DNA of 64,000 bases. Origin: Leucoraja ocellata (taxonomy: Eukaryota). This document shows positions 51,432 to 64,000 of this stretch, piece after piece. Each line of letters opens with the position of its first letter. Position 1 is the stretch's first letter. Under the pieces are notes generated by a model that saw only the letters and a program-made list of their open reading frames with translations, searched no databases and was not told the origin of the DNA. Location: positions 558,001-622,000 of the forward strand of contig JAWMAR010000391.1 in assembly GCA_036785375.1 (NCBI GenBank). The letters are read 5' to 3'. The position numbers and the translations under genes were made by a program.

Positions 51432-51835
51432 AAGTAAGATGTTACAGAGATATTTTGATTTGTTTTGTGGAGCCAACATCTCCAGCTCCGCATCGCTCCT
51501 CTCCCAAATACACTCAGAAAACTGTTCCCTTTGACACTCGGTTCTCCCTTCACTTTTCTTGTAATCTATACTGAGGGTTTGAACTGAGATGTGCTTTTCC
51601 TATATTGTGCTCAACAGTACCCATTCCAATCCTAGCTGAGCTCAGAAAATCTTCATGACAATTGGGGAATAATTGTAGGGGGGGGGGGAGATTGGAAATG
51701 TTGGGTCTTTTCACATTGTAATGCGACTGAGAAGAGGAAATATGTATCACAATGGCAAATAAATAGAAAAGGATCAGGATTTGCACCTTATCTGAGACAT
51801 CCATGAACTGAGTCAGATATACATATGCATTTTTA

Positions 51836-52659
51836 GATGGTGGCGCCTCGCGGCAGCGGCCTCTGCAGTCCGTCTGTCTTTTTTTTCCATTTTTGTCCTG
51901 TTGAGTGTATAGTTTGGTTGTAGTTTATACATTGTTTTTAGCTGTGTATATGTGGGGGGCGGGAGACTTTAAAATCTTTTCCCTATATGGGGGACCCGAC
52001 CTTTTCCCTGTCGGGTCTCCGTTGTCGTTGGGGCCTGGCACTGTGGAGTGGCCTCCAACCGGAACGACCTGGGGGCTCCAGTCGCGGAGCCTGCTGACTC
52101 ACCATCGTGGAGCTGGCGGCTTCGGAGCATGGAGAGTTGTGGTGGCGCGCGGCTGCGACCTGCCTTCGGAGGCTCCAGCTGCAGGCCCGGTGGACGGTGA
52201 CATCGGGAGCTCGCGGGTCCCTGGTGGGAGACCGCTTTTCAGAGCTTCCACAACGGCAACTTCTCCCGGCCGAATTGCGGGGTTGAAAACGACCCGGAGC
52301 GGGGCCTTATACCGCCCGGCGCTGCTTTAACGGCCGTGGGACTTGCCATCGCCAGCCGGGGGTTCCAACATCAAGACCCGGAGCAGGGCCTTACATTGCC
52401 AGGCGCGGCCTTAACAGCCGCGGGACTTGCCATCGCCCGCTGGGGGCTTTAACACCGGGAGAAGAATGGAAAACAGGGGTGAGACAATGACTTTGCTTTC
52501 CATCACAGTGAGCAGGAGATTCACTGTGATGGATGTTTGTGTAAATTGTGTTAATTGCGTGTCTTGGTTTTTTTCTTCTTGTTGTATGACTGCAGAAACC
52601 AAATTTCGTTTGAACTTCATTTGAGGTTCAAATGACAATAAACGGTATTGTATTGTATT
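51836..52659 (+). mobile_element. GC-rich non-autonomous retroelement with Rex1-type tail and internal ~84-bp tandem subrepeat
   Basis: 3' aatttcg-stem-loop(tttgaacttc/gaggttcaaa)-tgacaataaa-(gtatt)3; subrepeats 52291-52362 and 52375-52446. Confidence 0.65.
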
Positions 52660-53182
52660 TGCTGTATGTTTGATGACAGCCATCCATACAACTAGAAAGC
52701 CAACATCTGACCGTGACTACATAACTAGATTCCTGGACTGCAATCCAAATGTTATCCAGGGACCCTTACAGTGTGATACAAGTTAAGCATTTCTCCAATT
52801 AATATCCAAATTAAAAAAATCCCTGCCATTTGATCAAATTAGCAATGTTTTAAAGAAAGAAGCCAGAACACTTTCCAGATGACTGTAAACCAACTCATGT
52901 ATAAAAGCAAAATATATTTTTAATCAAATAAATAAGAAAGCTGAGAAGGTGCGAGTGCAGCATACAATTATTAAAACCGGAGACAGGGAAAACTGCCTTT
53001 TAATAACCTCAATAAGAGAAAATCCATGGAGATTGGATTCTATAAACAATGTTCCAATGAATAGAACAGATTAACTGTGTTATTCCATATATCCACTCTG
53101 TATCTGTTTCTAGTTTATACTACGGGTTCTTCAAACTTTCTAAGATACTAAATGGGCTCACAGACTGACTGTAAACACAAAC

Positions 53183-53318
53183 CAAGAGCTGGTGTGTCAT
53201 GAAGAGGTCTTCTGCGTGGATTTGTAGCAGTAAAAGGATAGTACACTGTTCCAGGTTTTCCTGAAGATGGTAAAGGCGCAGGGCTGCCTATTCCCACGTC
53301 TGATCGATGATTACTGGA
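53183..53318 (-). CDS. TCF12: TCF12 exon 7 equivalent, 136 bp, [45 protein letters not shown]
   Basis: ttttgcag|TCC ... CTTG|gtttgt; GKPGT-YY and RRRPLHD motifs of HEB; phase 0 to 1. Confidence 0.95.
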
Positions 53319-55744
53319 CTGCAAAACAATGCAACAATAGTCACTTAATTCCACTCTGCTGCAATGTTCAATATTGTCCATTCAACTCAAAACAACATTT
53401 GATCTTTAATCTGATTTATCTCAACACTTTCTCACAAAACAAACTGAAAAATTAGAACAGTTTTGAATGCATAAATTTTGGCTTCAGCTTTAAGTGTCGA
53501 AACAACTTTACAAACGACCAGAAACAATTTATTGATAATACTAGTTTTCAATTTTCACCTATATAATAAATTGGCATGAATGTCCAAATTTAGCAGGCAG
53601 CAAGCTTTTTCCAATCTAAAGATGTGTGATGCAACAGTTAACAAAGGTCAACAAATACGAGGAAGCCTGTTACATTACCAAGACCAGCTGTAGATTCTAT
53701 TTAAACGAGAACACGAATCAGACCTCAAGTGACATTGCATTTATTAAGGATATACATTTAACGGGAAATTTGGACTAAACACTCCAGATTTACCTTCTGT
53801 AAAATGCTATACATTCTTAATATTAAATACCAGGCTTTCATTTCTCATCATTTGTAAATTGACATGGATAACTTATGTTACTTTGCTTTCAAAATTTAAT
53901 TTTTCACAGATAGCACCTATTAGTAACCTCGCTTTACCCTGAACATGACAGGGAATTTGTTTTTTGGAGTTTTAAATATTATACTGATTTGGAGATTATA
54001 TATTGAATTATTACAATTTCATGGAAACAATACAATCCATCCAAGAGATACTGTTATATCTTTGCAAAAGTGTGCTTCACATTAACTTATTCACCGACAC
54101 CATGATCCATAAAAAGAACATTTGTGTTTGAATAGAACATACTCACAACAAGGCACAACATTTCACTTTTTCAGATCATTTCCTTACTGTTTTCAACCTA
54201 CTGATTACAGTTTGGAAAATTCAATAGTTGAATCTTTGGCTTTGTACGATCAATAAATATTGATTGCAACTCCTTTGGGAGGTTTAAGCATTCAGAAAGA
54301 TAATCTGCTTGATGAAAAATGAGGTAGTATTTGAAACTGTCACATATCTGCCATCTGCTCTAAACCTGTGAAACCAGGGTCACTATTTAATATACATTTC
54401 ACTCTAGAAAACAGTCCACTTCATTTCCTTCAACATATCAGTCAATATTCAATGATTTCTACAAAGTAATTTAAATACTTGTAATTGTGAGTTTTAATGC
54501 GTGATTCACAAAAACACGGAACATACATCCAATAATAAGCATCCCTAAAATAAATATTAAATATAACTAAAGTATACAAGCAGTTTTGGTCAAAATTAAC
54601 TTGAAAGAAAATATCTATTTGCTCTATTTCAAAGATATCAGGCCAAAACCAGTGTCATATCAATGAGTTATTTCAATAAATAAAGTCGTAGAAATGTGAT
54701 CAACAAAAACAGAAACTGATTATAATCCTTTCCAATGGTTTGTCCTACGCAAGATTCTATTAAACCCCTCTTATTAACTTGCAATGTTTCAAATCTTGTC
54801 TATTGTGCTCCGTTTTAATTGCTTTATGGAACTCGGCTCAAGGCTTAAAAGAATGCAAAGAAAAATTGACAAATGTCTGATTCTACATTATTGGCAACAA
54901 AAAAAACCTTTTAACTGAATGACAAAAACATCTGCAAAATCACAATGCTTCAAGGCAATCTCTTGAAATTTTAATTATCATCTTTGACGCTAAAAGGTCT
55001 TGCAGACATGGAGATAATGACAGTCATCCATCAACTGCATCCTGCCCGAGTAATCAGGCTAATCTAGCTCACTGGAGAAACAGACAGCAACCTAGGGTAC
55101 CGAGTAATAAAACATTGTAGTACAATAAACAGATGCAAAGTAAATGTTGTCTGGGGTAAACATTGCTCTTGATTTACACCAGTGCATGGAAACAGTGAGC
55201 CCGATCAAGTCCAATTCATTGGTTGCCAATCCAGTCTCCAACACAAATAGCATTTCCAACTACTGAATCTGCACATCCCACAAGTGACCTTCCACTCTAC
55301 CCCTAAACTTACCAACTATTAACTTTAATCAAGGACGTTGTTTTTCTTAATTTTGCTGTATAGTTCTTTTAGTAAATTGTACTTTAAAAAAAATGATACT
55401 TCATAAACCCATTTTAACTTTTTAAACAGCTTTGAATATCCAAGGCTTTAGAATCTGCAGTAATGCCTTTGACAGCAGCAGGCAGTCATAAATCGTCAGT
55501 ATTGCTCAGGTGGGACAGTGGAATTCACCACCAGCAGCCCACACTCTCTTGCACAGGACTGTGGAATGGAGTGCTCCAACTACAGCTCGTCACAAAATGG
55601 CTGCAGGATTAGCAGAACCAGGTCTACACAGTAGTCTGGACTCAAAATGACTACTCCAGCCATTGAAAAGTACCAAAAGAAAAATAGAGTATGGAATCTG
55701 GTTTCACATTTATTGTACTTAAACAATTCAACCATTATTCGCAG

Positions 55745-56100
55745 AGCTAGTTATACAGCATCAAGGCAGGCCCTTCAGCCCACAAAGTCCATGCCAACCT
55801 TTTTGCCCATCTACTCTTGCCTATTTGCCCACATTAAATGTATATTATTTTATGTCTTACCTATTCAAGCTCCTGTCAAAACATCACCTAAATGCTGAGG
55901 TTGTATGCAATTTCACCACCTTTCTATGTCTTGCCATTTCAAGTGCCTGTCTAAAATCGCTTAAATGCCATAGTTGTATCAAGTTTCACCACTTCCTCTG
56001 GCAGTGAGTTCCAGGTATAAATCACTCTGCAGGGAACAAAACATTCCTCTCGCTCAAACCCTCTATAAAATACCTTGCTCTCGCCTAAACTGATGCCATT
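55745..56100 (-). mobile_element. Degenerate CR1 3' fragment
   Basis: RVIYTWNSLPEEVV..TTMAFKR piece. Confidence 0.6.
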
Positions 56101-57934
56101 CTCTTTGTTAGGCTGTGCCATCACTAAATAAAGTGGGTTTTTTCTAAACTCAGTTAGGATGTGGGTGTTACAGGCTGGGCCAGTATTTATTTTCCATCCC
56201 CAATTGACCTTACGATCAATGCTGTCATCTTGAATCATATGGTGAAGATATTCCCATGTTTGTTGGGTCAAAAATATCAGTACAAAGACATTACAGGCGA
56301 TCATATCCTGGCATTTGTGCAGTAGCAATGTTAGATACCATTGATCAGCACATGCATGGACTGCTTCATTAGCTTGTGTTCTCAATGAATGTCGACACTA
56401 TTCAATCTTCAGAGAACATCCGCATATCTGACTTTAATGGAAAGTAAGTCATTAATTCACTAGCCCGAGAAATCCCTCCAATTATGTTCCAAGATTAGAA
56501 CAATCACTCTCCAACAAGGCATCAGCTTCATCTGGTGCAAAATACAATTCCACTCAATGGTGAATTTCTCCCCAATTGTCAAGAGTGTTTTAATGCATAT
56601 GCCCCAAATCAGAATAATTAATGTTTTACTTACAACAGCACAACAGGTATGTAAACGTAGTACTCAGCAGGTACCATAATAAACTTGAAAATTACCATCA
56701 GCTGATTTGGTTTCTCATCCGATATGTCACGTTATCTTCATAAACATGTTCAATTGCAAAATTTGCAATTCTATCGTTTTAGAAATATTCAGGATATAGA
56801 GTATCAAAGTCTACCTTACATACATCAAGAAAATGTAAATGACAGTCAAACTTAATGTTACTGCTCCAATAGCCCCATCCTGATCTGAGAAATGTCTTTG
56901 CAACTGGTGGAAGTAATGTGTGAAGGAAATTTCAGATTCATCATATAAAAGCCATTTTACAACTTTTGCATAAAGAAACAAAATACCCCAGTGTTTGCTA
57001 GCGCTAACTGCCCAACCACCCCCCTTCATTCAAATTCTACCATAAATTCAAGAATTGTTCAAGTTGCAGAATTCCAAAAACCTCCAGGAGTCATGGGATA
57101 GGTGGGATGGGAGTAGCACCTAGTTAATTCAAAAGACAAGCTGTTCAAAAAAGATTTGACATAAAACCTCCCTGCAGTAATCAAACTGACGCCGTTGTCT
57201 AATAAAAACACATGCTGCCGATTCAGGCTGTTTAAGAGAATGGAGACTGTTTAAGAGATTTGTTTGAAAACAGACAAGGTAGTCTTTTTTACTTGTAAAA
57301 GTGCTTTATTAAACAACGTAACATCCACTGAGATAATTGAAATTCGCCATTGGATGTAGGACATTCAAATTCTATAACATTGTAATCACAGAGGGGAAGA
57401 CATGAACAAATGTTTAGGTTTATCGAACCCCAGTGAAATTGTTCTTTTATGGAAGAATCAGGAACTGAACCCTTACGTAACTCAGGGACTGCTTGTATCT
57501 AAAAACCATTGTAACCCCAAAACATTGCAAAACAACCTCAAAAAGAACTAACTAAAAAGAAATTTGCCTTCCCACTTGTCCCCAAATCAACTGTCTTACA
57601 TTTCCCACAAAACTACTCTGCAAAATAACTGCTACAAGATCTAAAAAGTAATGCCTCAGAATAAATGTCTGGGTATCTTACTGACACTGGACTCCATGTC
57701 CAAATTCAATAACAGCAGGATTTCTGCATTTAACAAGCCATGAGCGGAGGCTCTTAAATGACTGCAGCAAAACAATTAAATACTGATGGTTATCTGCAAA
57801 TTGTCAGCTCCTGACAAGTAGGTTACCATGTAAACAGAGCTGAGAGATCAGCCAAAAGATGAAGCATTTCCAAACACTTTTCCATTAGATTTCTCAGATA
57901 GCACTACATTAATTTTTTTTTAAATCCAAGAGTG

Positions 57935-58076
57935 ACACAGGGAACTGCAGATGCTAGAATCTTGCTTACAACACAAAGTGCTAGAATAACTTGGTGGTCT
58001 CAACCCGTAATGTCATATGTTCATATCCTCCAGAGATGATGCCTGACCCGTTGAGTTACTCCACACTTTGTGTTCT
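57935..58076. mobile_element. Degenerate fold-back Penelope-derived repeat
   Basis: ggaactgcagatgct...gcctgacccgttgagttactcc. Confidence 0.6.
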
Positions 58077-58373
58077 AATTAAAACACACGGTGCATCAGG
58101 CTTTAGTTTTATGGCCAGAAGGGAAAAATAAACATTTGAAGATGTGTTATGTGAATGGCTGGTGGCTCTAGCTGCAGTTAACAATATTTATTTTGCAGTA
58201 ACTATATTCATACAGATTTCAATCATTTAAGTGAGTACATTTTCCCACATCTTTCAAACAATACTTTAATATGAATTCTGCAACATAATCTTGCTTTTCC
58301 CAATAACATATGGTACATATTTGAGAATGTAGCAAATAGATGCAGATGCATTCAATTAAAAAATGCTGCACAT

Positions 58374-58522
58374 GACAGAAAATGCAGGAGTAACTCAGCG
58401 GGACAGATAGCATCTCTGGAGAGAAAGAATGGGTGATATTTCGACCCAAAACATCACCCATTCCTTCTCTCCAGCGATGCTGCCTGTCCAGCTGAGTTAC
58501 TCCTGCATTTTGTGTCTATCTT
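58374..58522. mobile_element. Fold-back Penelope-derived element
   Basis: Inverted arms aaaatgcaggagtaactcagc.../...gctgagttactcctgcatttt. Confidence 0.8.
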
Positions 58523-59309
58523 CAAGGAAAGGGTTGGAGCTTCATGGTCAAACTGTGCACCATTTGTTCATTTATCAGGCTTTCAAAGATGTTAGATTCT
58601 CTCTCATCTTATCCATGCATTCCTGCCCCACCAATGTTCACCAAGACTTCATAAATTCTTCCTTTTGTCATGTCCGTACCGGCATAAAGCATTCACACAG
58701 CTTGATACCTCCTATTCCATGCTCTAAAGTTATTTAGTGGAAGGGAAGTTGCACAAGCAGCTGGCTGCTGCGGTAACTCAGTGGGTCAGGTAGCATTTGG
58801 GTAAGATTTCAATTTGAAGCATCCCTACAGAAAGTCCATTTCCCTCCACATATATTGCCTGACCTGCCGAGTTCCTCCAGCAATTTGCTATTTGATCAGG
58901 ATTTAAATAACATACAAGTCCAGTTTGCAATTAAAAGTGTATCCTGAGTGTGGAAGAGGAGGATGTACATACTTCTGTGATGTTCTGTGGCATCTTCCCT
59001 ACCACCTAATTCAAAATTTTAGGATTTTTCTTGATTTTGCTGGAAGTATATTTTTCATGCGTTCTCTTTATCTTCCTGTGTAGGAAGGAGCTACAGATGC
59101 TCGTTTACATCGAAGATGAAATAGTGGACCACAAGAACACTAATATTACTGTTATTTAAAAAAAGGCATACATTAAGTCAATTTAATATTGGCAGTGAAC
59201 AAGTAGTTGAAATAAATTCTAAGTGAAAGCACAAACAAGCAATTAAAGAGTAATTGGTCACAGTAAGTTATTCCTAGTGATAGATAAGTGGTCGAATCAA
59301 ATTTAGTTT

Positions 59310-60017
59310 TAAGTTTAGTTTATTATTGTCATGTGCATCAACGTACAGTGAAATGCTTTTGTTTGTATGCTATCCAGAGAAAAGACTATACATGAACATG
59401 ATTAAGCTGCCCAGTGCACAAGTAAAGGATGAAGGGTACAACATTAAGTGCAATATATAAAATTAAAGTCCGATAAAGACTGCTTAAAGATAGTTTGAAG
59501 GTCTCCAATGAGAGTTGAGAGGTCAGGACTGGACTCTAGTCGATGAGAGGATCGTTCAGTTGCCTGATAGCAGCTGGGAAGAAACTGTTCCTGAATCTGA
59601 AGATATGCATTCTCAAACTTCCAAACCCGCAATTGCAGCAAATTATGGATGCAGCCCAGACCATCACACAAACCAACCTCCCTTCCATTGACTCCATTTA
59701 TACCTCACACTGCCACTGCCTCTTCTACATACCTCTTTATACCTCAAACCTGCCTCCAGTTTCTTCCCAGCTGTTATCCGGCAACTGAATCATCCTACCA
59801 CAACTAGAGAACAGCTGTGAACTACTATCTACCACATTGGAGACCCTCAAGACGATCCTTGATTGGGGTTTGCTGGCTTTACCTTGCACTAAGCGTTATT
59901 CCTTTATCATGCATCTCCAATGGCTCAATTGTAAACATTTATTGTCTTGCTGCTCACTGGATAGCACACAACAAAAGCTTTTCACAGTACCTCAGTACAT
60001 GTGACAATCAACTAAAC
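59310..60017. mobile_element. Two Rex1-type LINE 3' fragments in inverted orientation
   Basis: 59310-59620 minus and 59620-60017 plus; both carry the ttcttcccagctg(c/t)tatc motif and tgacaat tails. Confidence 0.65.
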
Positions 60018-61521
60018 TTCTGCACCACGCTGATGGGAGAGGGGTGAAAAGGGAGTGACGTAGTTTATGTCATTCCTTCGTTTTTCAGCTAAGACATCGA
60101 ACAGAAGAGCATGGAGAACATACAAGTGTTTTAAGATACTAGTTAGGCCACAGCTAGAATCCCATGTATAGTTTTGACCAACTCACCCCAGAACACAAGA
60201 GGATTCAGAGGATACACAAATATAATAATTTCACTGAAATGGGGCTGCAGGATTCTTTTAAAGCACAAAACTGATAATCATATTTCAAAGATGATCTTGA
60301 AGAGATGTAACCCTCAAGATCATGAATTCTTTATTATGCTTACACCTCCAATATCTCAGTCACTAATCTAAACTGCAACATCAGCACCATTAATTTCCAT
60401 TCACACCCTCCTCCCCAGCATTTTCACTTCCTTACAGCCTCATATTCTTCTAAACAAATCTTTGTGCTGCCACACACAAAATCGTATTTATTCATTCCCT
60501 TATTTACCCCACTTCTCAGAATTAAATTATAGGGTTTTTTTTGTCCAAAACCTCAAAATATTTGGTTTCTTTTTAAATGTTATTTATCTCTAAATTTTCT
60601 TCATTTTCTTTCTGAATTTCACGTTTAATTTCATTTCTTTACTTTTGATGTTCTTCCAAAACTTTTGAGTGTGTTAAGTTCTTCATTTCTGACATGCTTT
60701 CCTTTTTTGACTTATCCTACCCTCCAAGCACATCATCTTCCAGGGGGCTTGTTATTTGTAGAGTACCATGGATTTTTTGGTGGGATGATATTAACCCTGA
60801 ACTCCTTGGATTTCTTTTTTTTTTTTTAAACATTCCATTACACCAAGACCAATTTACCTTCTAGTAGCTGTTTCCAGTCCACTTTGTGACAGCTTTGCCC
60901 TAATTCATTGTTCTCCTGGCAATAAAAGATATACATAGCAACATGGAGTCCACACATCAATGCAAGTGACATTCTTCTCCTTGCCAATATGAAGGAATTC
61001 TAAGTGCAAGGATACCACTGCAACAACAATCCAAACACGGGTAGATATACATTTCATCCTTTTATATTTATACAGTTACAGGATTTGATTGGGCAAATAA
61101 TTAACACAGAAAATCACTACAGTTCACCACAGATATCAGAATAGGATAGCAACCATAAAGATGTAGCCCTGAACGTATTATAACTCAGGGATGTTATCGG
61201 GAATCTTGACATGCTAAGTAACTACTGAATCATTTTTTCAGAAATGCTGAGATGCACACTCTCAAAAATGATAGACAATATAGATAATATTGTTGACAGT
61301 CAAGTTGAACGTGGATAAATCACCAAATTTCTATGTGATGGTTCTCATTCTTTGTCCTAGTTTAGGCAGGATGGAAATGATACAAAATTCAAGATATCAA
61401 AATAAAATCTCACATGCAGTTGCAATCTGAATTAAGCCAAAATATTAACTGTGCATTCTTCAGAATTTGTTTCAGATGCTTGACAAACATTTTGTCAGCA
61501 CCATGAAAAGCATAAACTTAC

Positions 61522-61586
61522 TTGACATAATGGTATCACTGGATCTCTATTGTATGGTGGAAGAGAACTCCTCTCTGAAACTTTTC
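61522..61586 (-). CDS. TCF12: TCF12 coding exon (human exon 6 equivalent), 65 bp, (G)KVSERSSLPPYNRDPVIPLCQ
   Basis: Pyrimidine tract ttttctttctttcaag|GA ... TGTCAA|gtaagt; phase 1 to 0; resembles human [22 protein letters not shown] with the same length. Confidence 0.88.
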
Positions 61587-61799
61587 CTTGAAAGAAAGAA
61601 AATCCAATTTAAGACAGGAGACTAGTGGTAAACAAGATCATCCTGCATTACAGATTAAAGAGAATACATATCTTTTGGGCGTTCAAAAATAACAGAACAC
61701 AGATTAATGATGCTAAATAACGTGACACTATAAAAAGTTGGCATTCAGAGAAATCTCAGTCATTTCATACAACTCATACAAGTAACTAAGACAATTAAC

Positions 61800-62370
61800 A
61801 TGTGGGTACTCTAAGGCAACAAGAAAAATAAATGGAATTGTGACCTTTCTTGCAAGGGTCAGAGTATGAGAGCAAGGAACTCCTCAAGGCAGAGTCCACA
61901 CCAGAATTATGCACACAGTATTAACCGTCTTATTTTAGCAAAGATACATCGATCTTCAGGTTAATTAATTTAAGGGTCACTGGATTTATTCCTAGGATTA
62001 CAGATTTGACTTCAAGGAAGATTGAACAGAAAGGGTCTAGACTGTTGGAGTTTAGAAGATTAAGAGGTGATCTCAATGAACACAAGAATCTGAACAAACT
62101 TGATAACACGTGTTTACTACGGGTGGAGCAATCTCCAACTAAGGGAATTAGATTAAGACAAGAGGTAACCTTTTTAAGAGAAAAATTCTCTTCTCACAGA
62201 GGGCTGTGAATCATCGGAATTTTCTATCCTCGAGGGCTGTGGATGCTCCACTTTTAAGCTGATTCAAGATACATGGACAATCGAGGAATAGGGTTTCCAA
62301 GGATCAGGCCAGAAGATTGAATTGCGGCCAAAAAACAGAGCAGCTATTGTTTTATTGAATGACTAAGACC
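61800..62370 (+). mobile_element. Degenerate CR1 3' fragment
   Basis: LEFRRLRGDL motif. Confidence 0.6.
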
Positions 62371-63459
62371 GCTCACGGAACCGTTGTCCTCAAATTAAAT
62401 AAGCTATTTATATAATAATTTGACTTTATAACATTGCGAAATCAAATTTTTAATCAGTATTACTACAGACAAAAAACACCAATGAATATCCAGATGGGTA
62501 ATTTGAACTTTTTTTTAGGAAATGGGGAGAAATAGGTTTTAGAAGAAACACATTTGACATACTTTGACATTTTTAAACCTACATCATAAAGTTCAAGAAC
62601 CATTGGAACTTGAAAGTGTAATACAGGCTGCTTCTACAAATGTGAAATGTACAATCAGTTTGTAAAAACTATAAATTCAAAGCTGCAAATAAAATCCTCA
62701 AAGTTAAATCAGTTTTTACAGGCCATAGAACCACTGGCACACTTAAAACACTGAATAAACATGTTTACATTTGTGCACCTTTAGGTTTTTTTAATCTATA
62801 AAAACTAATCCCATAGGATTCAATCAAACTTTATTTTTTTTATAGGGATTTCCACATGTTCTGCATTGTAATATACCATTCTCTCAGTACATTTTCCATA
62901 TACGGGACAGTTTGCAATATTTTGAACATCTATTTGTGTAAACATTCATCCCAGTGATTAAAAAAAAAGGCCACAAGGACTCAAACCTGATGGGAGAGAT
63001 TCAATGTATTAGCAGCAGGAAAGCCACAAATAAAGATAACAACATATGCAAGATTGGAAAAGGAACAGGAAGCTGGAAATGACCAATTGCTTGGAAAGTC
63101 ATATGCCAAGTAAGGGTTGAAATATTTCTCTTTTCTCAAGAAATAATTATATTTTAAAGAATGAATCACAGAAATGTGTCCTTGCCAGCAAACAAAACTG
63201 AGCTCAGATCCGGTAGTTTATCATGCACCAGGGTGCAACAAAATTCCTTGTTGACAAGAAGCTTAGAGTAAACCGTATACATATAATAACAAATAAATGA
63301 ATGTAAAACAGCAGAATTATGTAAGATTATTGTGCAAAAACAGACGTGCAAAATAATATAAAAATACAATAACTGAGTAATCAAATGATTTAGAATTAAC
63401 AGTAAAAGCACATGGCAGAAACTCCAGGAATGGGATGTGAAAGGGGTATTTATTTATTT

Positions 63460-63663
63460 GTTTAAGAAGGAACTGCAGATGCTGGAAAATCGAAGGTACA
63501 CAAAAATGCTGGAGAAACTCAGCGGGTGCAGCAGCATCTATGGAGCGAAGGAAATAGGCAACGTTTTAGTCTGAAGAAGGGTTTTGGCCCGAAATGTTAC
63601 CTATTTCTTTCGCTCCATAGATGCTGCTGCACCCGCTGAGTTTCTCCAGCATTTTTGTGTACC
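63460..63663. mobile_element. Fold-back Penelope-derived element
   Basis: Minus arm plus plus arm with CTGAAGA at 63571; gtatttattta duplicated at 63446-56 and 63667-77. Confidence 0.85.
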
Positions 63664-63671
63664 GGAGTATT

Positions 63672-63964
63672 TATTTAGTTTAGTTCTGAGATACAGCAAA
63701 GAAACAGGCCCTTCGGCCCACCGAGTAGCAATACCTGCACACCAACACTATCCTACACACACTAGGGACAATTTACACACACACCAAGCCAATTAACCTA
63801 CAAACCTGTCTTTGGAGTATGGGAGGAAACCGAAGATCTCAGAGAAAACCCACACAGGTCACGGGAAGAAAGTACAAACTCCGTACAGAAGGCACCCGTG
63901 GTCGGGATCGAACCCGGGTCTCTGGCGCTGCAAGGCAGCAACTCTACCGCTGCGCCACTGTGGC
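63672..63964 (-). mobile_element. tRNA-derived V-SINE (HE1-like)
   Basis: Reverse complement has A-box gtggcgcagcggtagag, B-box ggttcgatcc and V-domain; homologous to 35288-35586. Confidence 0.88.
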
Positions 63965-64000
63965 TGACCAAATTGACCAAAAAGAGTTTGATAGAAGTGG

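Overview
Vertebrate genomic DNA, most likely a cartilaginous fish (batoid/skate, inferred from the HE1/V-SINE, CR1 and Penelope-derived repeat families). The whole window lies inside one minus-strand gene, TCF12 (HEB, class I bHLH E-protein). I could map 11 coding exons with canonical AG/GT sites and consistent phases, equivalent to human exons 6-16 and including the 72-nt alternative exon 15. The HEBAlt alternative first exon (MYCAYTVPGMGSNSLMYYYNRKT) lies in intron 8. Exons 1-5 and the bHLH exons are outside the window. The introns contain CR1, Rex1/Babar, RTE-like and Penelope fragments, V-SINEs, a full-length fossil Tc1 element and three MITEs. Most notable: (1) a short dispersed repeat family starts with a minimal hammerhead ribozyme (CUGAAGA..GAAA-CG-UH), inserts with 7-17 bp target-site duplications, and often forms fold-back palindromes whose two arms share private variants; (2) candidate unannotated in-frame microexons and a poison acceptor lie in intron 16; (3) a divergent pair of CTCF-like motifs lies upstream of the HEBAlt promoter. 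Comparisons with human TCF12 are from recalled sequence, not from an alignment run here. Boundaries of degenerate repeats are approximate.
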